Assembly (NCBI RefSeq): GCF_900167395.1
Contig: NZ_FUWK01000055.1
Coordinates: 1-13,168 of the forward strand
Direction of reading: 5' to 3'
Length of the DNA: 13,168 nt
Origin: Nitrosomonas europaea
GTDB taxonomy: Bacteria; Pseudomonadota; Gammaproteobacteria; Burkholderiales; Nitrosomonadaceae
The notes below the pieces were generated by a model. That model saw only the letters and a list, made by a program, of their open reading frames with translations, was not told where the DNA came from and did not search any database. How positions within the stretch are numbered: the first letter of the stretch is position 1; each line of letters begins with the position of its first letter. A program made the translations under genes and the position numbers. Shown one piece after another: positions 6,217 to 13,168 of this stretch.

Positions 6217-7389
6217 CTAACGTTCCCGCAGCGCTTCGGCGGCACGGTTCAGAGGCTTGATCAGATAATCTAGAACGGTTTTCTGGCCGGTACGGATTTC
6301 AGCTGTGGCTACCATGCCGGGCATGATGGCATGGCGTTTACCATCCTTGGTCTCAAGGTAAGCATGTTTGGTCAGCAGGTAGACACGGTAGTAGTAGAGG
6401 CGCTTGTCAACCTGATCTTCTATGGTGTCGGGTGAAATGTTTTGTACTGTGGCGGCCAGTGTGCCGTAGATTGAGGGCTCGAAAGCGGTGATCTTCACGG
6501 TAGCAGCCTGATCTGGGTGAATGAAGGCGATGTCTCGCGGGCTGAGGCGAGCCTCGACCAGTAACTGGTCATCCAGCGGAACGATCTCCATCAATTCACC
6601 ACCGGGGCCGATCACACCTCCGATGGTATTCACGCGTACATCCTTGACGATTCCGCGTGTGGGTGAGGTAATAATGGTGCGGCGCAGTTGGTCGGCTCGA
6701 CCTTCGCGCACCTTGAGCAGCGGACCGAGGTCGGCCATGGTGGTAGCGTAGTCGGATTTGAGCGCTACGGAGTACTGGCCCTTGGTGGCAGCCAGCTTGG
6801 TTGAAAGTTCAGCAGCCTTTTGCTTCAGGCGCAGGATCTCGACTTCGTTGGTAGCACCCGTCTTCAGTAAAGGCATGGCAATGTCGATTTCCTGTTGGGC
6901 CAGGCGCAATTGCCGGCTGAGTTGAGAAACATTTTCGTGAAAGGCCTGTACATCAGTACGGAAAAGCTGACGCTCACGCTCGATCACGGCCTTTTCATCA
7001 GCCAGTTCAGGCGGAAAAGTAACATCGGATTTATTTTCAATTTCAGCTCTCAAGCGTGCGGCGCGCGCTTGCAAGGCAATTATTTTCTGCGCGGCCTCCT
7101 CGACCGAGGAGCGGCTTAAGGCTGGATCCAGCGTGGCGAGCTTCTGTCCATTCTCGACCACGTCACCTTCATGCACGACCAACTCGGACAGAATGCCACC
7201 TTCCAGACTCTGGATAATTTGGCCTTTGGAGGCTGGAGTCACCTTGCCTTCGCCGATGGCCACTTCATCCAGAACTGCAAAATACGACCAGATCAGGAAG
7301 ATCGCCATGCTGGCTACGATCAGCCAGAGGATGGAACTGGCGGTGAAACGAGATTCATCCTTGCTGAAAGCATCATCCTGTAAATTCAT
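6217..7389 (-). CDS. HlyD-family type I secretion periplasmic adaptor (membrane fusion protein)
   Basis: The ORF is 390 aa with a short cytoplasmic N-terminus and one TM segment (ILWLIVASMAIFLIWSYFAVL). Motifs EGKVTPASKGQIIQSLEGGIL, a long coiled coil and a C-terminal PGMVATAEIRTGQKTVLDYLIKPL are typical of HlyD/LssD adaptors. Its ATG overlaps the upstream ABC gene stop codon (ATGA at 7386-7389). Confidence 0.9.
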   Translation of the reverse strand: MNLQDDAFSKDESRFTASSILWLIVASMAIFLIWSYFAVLDEVAIGEGKVTPASKGQIIQSLEGGILSELVVHEGDVVENGQKLATLDPALSRSSVEEAAQKIIALQARAARLRAEIENKSDVTFPPELADEKAVIERERQLFRTDVQAFHENVSQLSRQLRLAQQEIDIAMPLLKTGATNEVEILRLKQKAAELSTKLAATKGQYSVALKSDYATTMADLGPLLKVREGRADQLRRTIITSPTRGIVKDVRVNTIGGVIGPGGELMEIVPLDDQLLVEARLSPRDIAFIHPDQAATVKITAFEPSIYGTLAATVQNISPDTIEDQVDKRLYYYRVYLLTKHAYLETKDGKRHAIMPGMVATAEIRTGQKTVLDYLIKPLNRAAEALRER

Positions 7390-9596
7390 GGTGAGGTTCC
7401 AGTGGTTTGCGGTTGGCGTTGTGGCTGAGAGTGGACCTGGATATGAGTTTTAGAGTGAGCTACGTTCTGGCTGTTGGCTGCAAGGCTGCGAATAGCGGCA
7501 AGTATTTCCTCTCTCGGGCCGTCTCGCACGATACGGCCGCTGTCGATGACGATGATGCGATCTACCAGGGACAACAGTGGGTAGCGGTGGGTAGCCACGA
7601 TCAGTGTGCGTCCACCCAGCCATTGACGCATGTTCTCGATGATGTTCCGTTCAGTGTTTTCATCCAGCGAAGCCGTTGGTTCATCCAGCAGCAGCACATT
7701 GGGGGTGCGCAGAAAGGTGCGAGCCAGTATCAGTGACTGCTTCTGGCCTCCCGAAAGTCCAAAGCCATTCTCGCGTAACAAAAGATCGAGACCGTGCGGT
7801 TGTTTGAGCAGAAGTTGATCGGCACATGACAGGCGCATCGCCGCTAGCAATTCTTCATCAGTTGCTAGCGGATTAGCCAGCAATAAGTTTTCGCGCAGGC
7901 TACCGTAGAACAGACTGGCCTCCTGCAGGACAGTGCCTATATCACGCCGTACATCGGCTACGTCGATCATGCTAATGGGTGTGTCGTTGAAAAGCACGCG
8001 GCCTTGCTGAGGTATTGCCAGGCCGGCCAACACGCGCAACAAGGTGGATTTGCCTGCACCCACACGGCCCAGGATGGCAATGCGCTCTCCAGGCCGGATA
8101 GAGAGACACGGTATCGTGAGTACCGGTTTTTCTTGAGGATCGAAACTGTAGCTGACGTTCTCAAATTCGTAGCGACCCAGCAGTACTGGTTTGTGATAAG
8201 TATTTTTGTCGACGGGATGATCGATCGGCAATTCCAGCAATTTATCCAATCCATCTTTGCCGACACGGGCGTTCTGCAGGCGCGACAGCACAGCAGGAAT
8301 CTGGGACAGGGGGGCGATGGTGCGACTGGTGAGTATGGAGCAGGCCATTACGGCACCGAAAGAAAGATCGGTATCTAGGATGGCATAAACTCCCTCAATG
8401 AGGACACCTGCATAGGCCAGTTGCTGCACGGTTTGAGATAAATTCATCAGCAGACCGGACAGATAACGCTGTTTGAGGCTGATATCGGCATTAATGAAAT
8501 TGGTTTGATCCCACAGTTGCCGGAAGCGCGGTTCAGCTTGCAGGGTTTTGATGTCTTCAATGCGGTAGATGGATTCCATCAGGATGGCATTGCGCAGGGC
8601 GGCTTCGGCCATACCCTCTTTCGACAGTTTGGCAAGTGGATATTGCGCTAACACACCCGGCAGTACCAGCAGTGGAATGGCGGCTAGTGGCACAAGGACC
8701 AACCAGCCGCCGAGCACCCAGATGATCAAAAGAAAGGCGAACACAAAAGGCAGATCGATCAGCACACCCAATGCACTGGAAGTCAGTAGTTCCCGTAATT
8801 GCTCCAGATCGCGCAGTTGGGCGATCAAGCTGCCCGGAGAACGAGGCCGAGCATCGTTGCGAATATCCAACACGCGTGCGAAAAACATAGAAGATAGCTT
8901 GATATCCGCATTCTTGCCGAAATGGTCGGCAATCGTTACGCGCATCATGCGGAGCATCAGTTCCAGCAGCAAGGCCATGGCCACGCCGGAGGCCAGTACC
9001 CATAATGTATTGATTGAGCGTGCGGGGATTACGCGATCCCAAACTTGCATTGCGAACAGCGCCGTGCAGATCGCCAGCAGGTTGCTGAACAGCGAACCGG
9101 CACACAGTTCAAATAACGTTTTCCAGTGCGAAATAAAGATATCACGCAGCCAGTGGTCGGTTGTGGTGACTAAATAATCATTCACTCGATCCTTGCGCGG
9201 GGCTGTGCGTTCGTGTACCAGCAATAGCAGACGAGGGTGGTTGTCGATCGGCAGCAGTCGCTCCAGTACTTTGCCTTCCAACGTCAACAAAATGGTCGCG
9301 CGGCCGGCATCTATATCGATGAGCAGGCCTATTTGGCCGTCATCCAGTTCGAGCAAGGCTGGTAGCATGATGGGCGAAAGCCTAGTCAGAGATATCTCTA
9401 CGAATTTTGCCGATAAGCCAGCCTGGGCTGCAATGTCAAGCACGGCGGCATTCGGATCATCGCAGCCGACCCAGGAAGCCGCGCCACGCACGCATTCGGG
9501 CGACGTCTGCAATCCCAGCTGACGTGCAGCTAGTAGCAGCGATTCGGCCCAATATGTAGCAGGGGCCATGATTTGCTTGCGCGTGGTGTTATTCAT
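7386..9596 (-). CDS. Type I secretion system permease/ATPase (ABC exporter with N-terminal C39-like domain, HlyB/LssB/LapB class)
   Basis: Walker A is GRVGAGKST (8043-8069). The ABC signature LSGGQKQ, Walker B LLLDEPT and H-loop ATHR are present. A six-TM exporter domain precedes the NBD. About 150 N-terminal residues look like a C39 peptidase fold, but no catalytic Cys context is visible (WAESLLLAARQLG). I prefer the ATG at 9596 (MNNTTRKQ...), which overlaps the TolC stop by 8 nt, over the ORF-track start at 9641. Confidence 0.9.
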   Translation of the reverse strand: MNNTTRKQIMAPATYWAESLLLAARQLGLQTSPECVRGAASWVGCDDPNAAVLDIAAQAGLSAKFVEISLTRLSPIMLPALLELDDGQIGLLIDIDAGRATILLTLEGKVLERLLPIDNHPRLLLLVHERTAPRKDRVNDYLVTTTDHWLRDIFISHWKTLFELCAGSLFSNLLAICTALFAMQVWDRVIPARSINTLWVLASGVAMALLLELMLRMMRVTIADHFGKNADIKLSSMFFARVLDIRNDARPRSPGSLIAQLRDLEQLRELLTSSALGVLIDLPFVFAFLLIIWVLGGWLVLVPLAAIPLLVLPGVLAQYPLAKLSKEGMAEAALRNAILMESIYRIEDIKTLQAEPRFRQLWDQTNFINADISLKQRYLSGLLMNLSQTVQQLAYAGVLIEGVYAILDTDLSFGAVMACSILTSRTIAPLSQIPAVLSRLQNARVGKDGLDKLLELPIDHPVDKNTYHKPVLLGRYEFENVSYSFDPQEKPVLTIPCLSIRPGERIAILGRVGAGKSTLLRVLAGLAIPQQGRVLFNDTPISMIDVADVRRDIGTVLQEASLFYGSLRENLLLANPLATDEELLAAMRLSCADQLLLKQPHGLDLLLRENGFGLSGGQKQSLILARTFLRTPNVLLLDEPTASLDENTERNIIENMRQWLGGRTLIVATHRYPLLSLVDRIIVIDSGRIVRDGPREEILAAIRSLAANSQNVAHSKTHIQVHSQPQRQPQTTGTSP

Positions 9597-10965
9597 GACG
9601 ATTTCCTTCGCGATCACGGAGTTGTTGCACGAACCCTCCAACCGCTACTTGGGCGCGGATGCGGGCTATGGTAGCATCGGCCAGAGCGTTGATCCATTCT
9701 AGTTCCGATTGGTAGATATCACGCTCAGGGTTGAGAACATCGGTTAGTGTGCGCTTGTTCAGAATATATTCTTGCCAGTAAAGATTGCGTGAGACCTGAG
9801 CTAGTTCGATGATTTTTTCGTAGCTTGTCATGCGCTCAGCAGCGCCTCTGGCCTCTATCTGGGCGGAATTAAGAGCACTGCGCGTAATCAAACGCTCATT
9901 TTCCAAAGCCTTACGGCTGGCGTTTGCCGCAGCTTTCGCGGCCTCGATCTGATGCCGTGCACTGTTGCCGAAATCGAAGCTGCCGCTCATGACCACACTG
10001 ATCCAAGTGTCGTTGAGTGCGCTGGCTGGGCCGGTCGTGAAGGAACGGGAAGCACCTACCCCAATGGAAGGATAGCGACTGCCGCGCGCGACTTGAAGTT
10101 GGGCGTCGGCTGCTTGAACAGCAGCCTCGGCAGCTTTGATTGATGGCCGTTGGTCGACATTGCCGTCGGGGGCTCCTAGTTTGCTAACCAGGCTCACGGT
10201 ATCACCTAGGCAAGCTACGTTTTCAGGGCGCACCCCGATCAGCTCAGCCAGCTTGGCGGCGGCAACGTCGCGCCGCGTATTCGCCTGTTCAGCTTCAGCT
10301 TCGGCGCGTCTGATAGCTAGGTCTGCCATTGTTCTATCGGAGGAGACCGAGAGTCCGGCGCGCACACGATCAATGATCTTGGAATGGGTGGCCTTCAGCG
10401 CTTCGATTTGCTTATGGGCTGCGGCGATTCGATCTTGCGCGGCAGCCAGTTCGATAAAGTTGGTCGCGGTGTTATAGGCCACGGTCTCTATGGTATCGGC
10501 CAGTTGATGACCGGTCTGTTCCCCAACTGCATCTGCAGCTTTGATCCGGTTGGAAGTGACGCCGAAGTCGTAGATCAGTTGGCTGACACCCACCGATGTA
10601 CGCAGGGCAGTGGTGTTGCCGGAGTTGAGTGCATTGTAGCTTCTGCCATAGCCGGGCTTCACGCCATAATCGACCTTGGGATACCAGGCCGCCTTGGCCA
10701 CATCGACCTCGGCATTGCGTTGAATGACCTCGGCATGAGCACGGCTGATATCAGGATGATGAGCAATAGCGATACCGATTGCATCAGACAGAGTCAGGGC
10801 ATCGAGGGAAACCCGTCGCACTTTCCCGCCATTGATTAATGGGGGTGGGAACGCGGCGGATGCAACGGAAATCACCCGACTGGGGATCGCTATATCACGC
10901 GGAACAGGTAATTTTCCCGCTAGTACGGTCGTACTTGCGTAAATCAAGGACAGCAGGGTAAACAT
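9589..10965 (-). CDS. TolC-family outer membrane protein (type I secretion OMP)
   Basis: The ORF is 458 aa with a short signal peptide (MFTLLSLIYASTTVLAG). The canonical opening is LTLSDAIGIAIAHHPDISRAHAE. Two repeated alpha-helical/beta-barrel halves are present (AKAAWYPKVDYGV... and ARGSRYPSIGVGAS...). It sits immediately upstream of the T1SS ABC and MFP genes. Confidence 0.85.
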   Translation of the reverse strand: MFTLLSLIYASTTVLAGKLPVPRDIAIPSRVISVASAAFPPPLINGGKVRRVSLDALTLSDAIGIAIAHHPDISRAHAEVIQRNAEVDVAKAAWYPKVDYGVKPGYGRSYNALNSGNTTALRTSVGVSQLIYDFGVTSNRIKAADAVGEQTGHQLADTIETVAYNTATNFIELAAAQDRIAAAHKQIEALKATHSKIIDRVRAGLSVSSDRTMADLAIRRAEAEAEQANTRRDVAAAKLAELIGVRPENVACLGDTVSLVSKLGAPDGNVDQRPSIKAAEAAVQAADAQLQVARGSRYPSIGVGASRSFTTGPASALNDTWISVVMSGSFDFGNSARHQIEAAKAAANASRKALENERLITRSALNSAQIEARGAAERMTSYEKIIELAQVSRNLYWQEYILNKRTLTDVLNPERDIYQSELEWINALADATIARIRAQVAVGGFVQQLRDREGNRHE

Positions 10966-10990
10966 GCGAAAAACGGGGAGCTGTCGCGTA

Positions 10991-13168
10991 TTAAACGATG
11001 ATCTGATTGTTCGCCAACAACGTAGCTAAATCAGTGGTCACACCATTCAAAGTTACCAGTGGAGTGGGACCATAGGCTAGATTTGAGCCGTCACGGTCGA
11101 TATTGATCACTGTATTGCCTCCAGATGAAGTCAGGCTCAAAAAGTTCTCCACAGAACTGGTGCCAGGGTCGAAACTCACTAATAACCGTGAGATGTCAAT
11201 GATGTCAGCGTTGGCATCAGTACCGATCATCCCGATCGTGAAGTCGGTAATGATATCGGTGCCGTTGCCACCAGTGGCATCAATGGGGTTGAGGTTCTCC
11301 CAGAGAAATACATCCCCGCCGGTGCCGCCTGTCAACATATCATTGCCACTGCCGCCAATCAGGATGTCGTTGCCAGCATTGCCGATAAGCGTGTCATTAG
11401 CGGTACTACCCCGCTCTACTCCGTAGCTACCGTTGGTGATGTCCAACCTTGCCTGATCGATGACAGTGCCACTGGTGAGCTGGTACTCGAAGCTGTCAAT
11501 CAGCGGGCTGGTAAAATAATCCGTGGCCATGTCCGGTGTGTAGATGTAGTGCCCATCGGCGTAAAGTGTGAGCGTACCGTGGTCGCCGGTGACTGTCATG
11601 CCGTCTGTAACATCCACATAGGTGTTGGTGGCATCGAGAACCTGAAAGGTCGGCTGAGCGTCATTTGTCACGTCATTGGCAAGCACATTACCGTGAACGT
11701 TGGTGGTGCCTGTGACCACGTACTGGTCGGTATGCGTGACATTGACGTCGGTTGTGATATTGATGCTGGTAAGTATTCCTGTAAGCGATTTCAAATGGAT
11801 GCGATATGTTCCAGCATCCAGATCCAGTGTGGCAAGATTAATAGTTCCGAAGGTGCCAATTGAAGCCAACGAGGAAAAATCGAAAGTGCCGTTGGATACT
11901 GCAGTCCAGACACCCGGGGCTGTCTCCTCCTGGATGACCAGAGTGGTATTCGTGATTACTGCCACGAGTGTAGATAGTTTTACTGTGCCGGAAACGGCTT
12001 CATTACCGTTGATCGTAAAGCTGGCACTATTGTAGGTGTTGGGAATAGGATTAAGAGGAATGGTGTCGGCAGTAGCGGAGTCATTGAACCTGTCTTCCGG
12101 TGGCGGATTGTCAAATACTATCCCTGCTGCACCTGCATCATTGGCAGCTACATCATTACTGCTGATGTTGATGGCAAGCGTGGCAGTACTGGTAGCATTG
12201 TTTGCCGTGTCAAACAGGGTGTAGGTGAATGTATCCATCTGGCCGATGGATGAACTGTTGGCCGTGTTGGGTGTGTAAGTATATGCACCGGTTTCCCGAT
12301 TGATCACCAACGAGCCCCAGTCGCCGGTGATTGTGTTGTCGCCGGCTACGAGTGGCTCGCCATTGATATGGCTAATGATCGTCGTTGCCGTGACGTTCTG
12401 ATCATTGGTGATGACGTTGCCACTACTTGAAGTCGTATCCGCCACATAAGTGTGTGCATATTCAGTGCCTGTAACTGAGAGGGTATTGAGAACAGAAAGG
12501 CCCACACCGCCATAAGAGACGAAGGCGCGGTATTGTCCCTCACCGAGCAGCTGTTGCACGCCATAACTGCCATCGTTCAGCAGACCGATTGTCAGGATCG
12601 TTGCGCCATCCGACAATGAATCAACCGTAGTCCACTTTCCGGTGCTTGCATTCCATTTCTGAACGACGATCCGGTAATCACCGAGGAGACTTAGATTAAG
12701 GAGTGAACCGAATGTGAAGACAAGATCCTCTACATGTCCGCTCGGGATATCGAAGGATACTTTTTCCGTGCCCAGCAATTCCGCTTGCAGATCCAGGCCA
12801 GCTAATCCAACACCCATTCCAAGTAACGTGGTTGCACTCCCTTCATTGACTGCAGCTGACGTGGTGTTAATGTTCACCATCGCGACTTCTGTATTGTTGA
12901 TGGCAGTCAGCGGGGCTATCACCGTATTGGTCACTGGGCTGTTGAGGAGGCTGGCGGCATCGTTGCCGGCCAGATCCTGAATGGCGTTGAGGTCATCACC
13001 TGCGGTCGGATCGGTGTAGCTGAGCGTGACGGTTTCCCCGTTGTTGACCGGTGTGGCCAGCTCCAGGGTGACGGTACTGCCGTTGACGGTGACGTTGCTG
13101 ACGGTGACCGGGGTGCCGTCGACGTTGACGACAAAGTCGGCGATTGCTGGTGGATGGGTTGTATCCAG
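10991..13168 (-). CDS. C-terminal part of a large secreted RTX/VCBS adhesin-like protein (T1SS substrate); 5' end lies outside the window
   Basis: The minus-strand frame is open from 13168 to the stop codon at 10991-10993 (2178 nt, divisible by 3). The ORF-track start at 12934 is an internal GTG (Val). The protein is Thr/Asn/Gly/Val-rich, acidic and Cys-free, and carries an Ig-like repeat, two VCBS-like domains, RTX nonapeptides and a T1SS C-terminal target domain. Confidence 0.85.
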   Translation of the reverse strand: MDTTHPPAIADFVVNVDGTPVTVSNVTVNGSTVTLELATPVNNGETVTLSYTDPTAGDDLNAIQDLAGNDAASLLNSPVTNTVIAPLTAINNTEVAMVNINTTSAAVNEGSATTLLGMGVGLAGLDLQAELLGTEKVSFDIPSGHVEDLVFTFGSLLNLSLLGDYRIVVQKWNASTGKWTTVDSLSDGATILTIGLLNDGSYGVQQLLGEGQYRAFVSYGGVGLSVLNTLSVTGTEYAHTYVADTTSSSGNVITNDQNVTATTIISHINGEPLVAGDNTITGDWGSLVINRETGAYTYTPNTANSSSIGQMDTFTYTLFDTANNATSTATLAINISSNDVAANDAGAAGIVFDNPPPEDRFNDSATADTIPLNPIPNTYNSASFTINGNEAVSGTVKLSTLVAVITNTTLVIQEETAPGVWTAVSNGTFDFSSLASIGTFGTINLATLDLDAGTYRIHLKSLTGILTSINITTDVNVTHTDQYVVTGTTNVHGNVLANDVTNDAQPTFQVLDATNTYVDVTDGMTVTGDHGTLTLYADGHYIYTPDMATDYFTSPLIDSFEYQLTSGTVIDQARLDITNGSYGVERGSTANDTLIGNAGNDILIGGSGNDMLTGGTGGDVFLWENLNPIDATGGNGTDIITDFTIGMIGTDANADIIDISRLLVSFDPGTSSVENFLSLTSSGGNTVINIDRDGSNLAYGPTPLVTLNGVTTDLATLLANNQIIV
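10994..11302 (-). other. Type I secretion C-terminal target domain (VCA0849-like subclass)
   Basis: The translation is W-ENLNPIDATGGNGTDIITDFTIGMIGTDANADIIDISRLLVSFDPGTSSVENFLSLTSSGGNTVINIDRDGSNLAYGPTPLVTLNGVTTDLATLLANNQIIV. The D.I.DF...D.IDLS.LL ... T.I.ID.DG ... L.GV pattern follows directly after the RTX repeats and ends at the C-terminus. Confidence 0.7.
11303..11410 (-). repeat. RTX calcium-binding nonapeptide block (four tandem GGxGxDxUx units)
   Basis: The four units are GSTANDTLI, GNAGNDILI, GGSGNDMLT and GGTGGDVFL, encoded at 11410 down to 11303. Confidence 0.85.
11435..11698 (-). other. VCBS/cadherin-like repeat domain 2 within the adhesin
   Basis: The translation is HGNVLANDVTNDAQPTFQVLDATNTYVDVTDGMTVTGDHGTLTLYADGHYIYTPDMATDYFTSPLIDSFEYQLTSGTVIDQARLDIT. 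It shows the same pattern as domain 1. Confidence 0.6.
12164..12424 (-). other. VCBS/cadherin-like repeat domain 1 within the adhesin
   Basis: The translation is SGNVITNDQNVTATTIISHINGEPLVAGDNTITGDWGSLVINRETGAYTYTPNTANSSSIGQMDTFTYTLFDTANNATSTATLAINI. It has the characteristic G.L.I..dG.YtYTP....G.D.F.Y...D......A.L.I.I pattern. Confidence 0.6.
12935..13168 (-). other. Ig-like long-protein repeat unit (SWM-type repeat common in giant adhesins), truncated by the window edge
   Basis: The translation is LDTTHPPAIADFVVNVDGTPVTVSNVTVNGSTVTLELATPVNNGETVTLSYTDPTAGDDLNAIQDLAGNDAASLLNSP. The pattern V.G.TVTL.L...V..G.TVT.SYTDPT.GDD.NAIQD.AGNDAAS is the hallmark of this repeat family. Confidence 0.65.

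Noticed and set aside
8557-9177. ORFs of 182 aa (minus, alternative frame) and 202 aa (plus) inside the ABC exporter gene
   Set aside because: Both overlap the transmembrane-domain coding region of a clearly conserved ABC protein. Both have the Arg/Ser/Ala-rich composition expected of off-frame translation.
9597-9641. The longer ABC exporter start at 9641 (MEGSCNNSVIAKEIV...)
   Set aside because: It would overlap the TolC gene by 53 nt. The ATG at 9596 gives the common ATGAATAA stop/start overlap. I cannot exclude 9641 without ribosome-binding-site or proteomic data.
1798-10965. The idea that the RND pair and the T1SS form a single novel hybrid export system
   Set aside because: The two gene sets are convergent, each matches a standard self-contained family architecture, and nothing in the sequence links them beyond proximity. 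Only the modest TolC-sharing hypothesis is retained.
1-13168. A scan for CRISPR arrays, tRNA/rRNA genes, integron attC sites and toxin-antitoxin or defence-system gene pairs
   Set aside because: I saw no regularly spaced direct repeats, no cloverleaf-like or rRNA-like segments and no unexplained small gene pairs. Almost all sequence outside 1489-1797 and the 80-bp convergent gap (6137-6216) is accounted for by the annotated genes or the IS elements.

Overview
This window is chromosomal or plasmid DNA from a diderm (Gram-negative, probably proteobacterial) bacterium and contains three blocks. (1) Positions 1-1270 are a complete IS3-family insertion sequence. It has TG...CA ends, 31-bp imperfect terminal inverted repeats, orfA/orfB, and an A7 slippery site followed by a stem-loop for -1 frameshifting. 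Its right end abuts a badly decayed IS5/IS4-superfamily (DUF4096-type) transposase fragment at about 1272-1488, so this looks like one IS nested in another. (2) Positions 1798-6136 (+) hold a two-gene RND efflux operon: a lipoprotein periplasmic adaptor and a MexF/BepG-like HAE1 permease. It has no outer-membrane factor gene and no local regulator gene. A palindrome-rich, about 240-bp non-coding leader precedes it. (3) Positions 6217-13168 (-) are a co-directional type I secretion locus: the C-terminal 725 codons of a large RTX/VCBS adhesin-like substrate (the frame is open to the window edge), then TolC-family OMP, C39-like-domain ABC exporter and HlyD-family adaptor. The three machinery genes overlap at their start/stop codons. 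I saw no rRNA, tRNA or CRISPR array. I do not see a convincingly novel system; every large ORF belongs to a well-known family. The least-explained items are the diverged, tandemly duplicated roughly 150-aa module in the adhesin that I cannot assign to a named domain, the two abutting perfect palindromes in the regulator-less RND leader, and the IS scars where an efflux regulator would normally sit. All homology statements are motif recognition by eye, not database searches.
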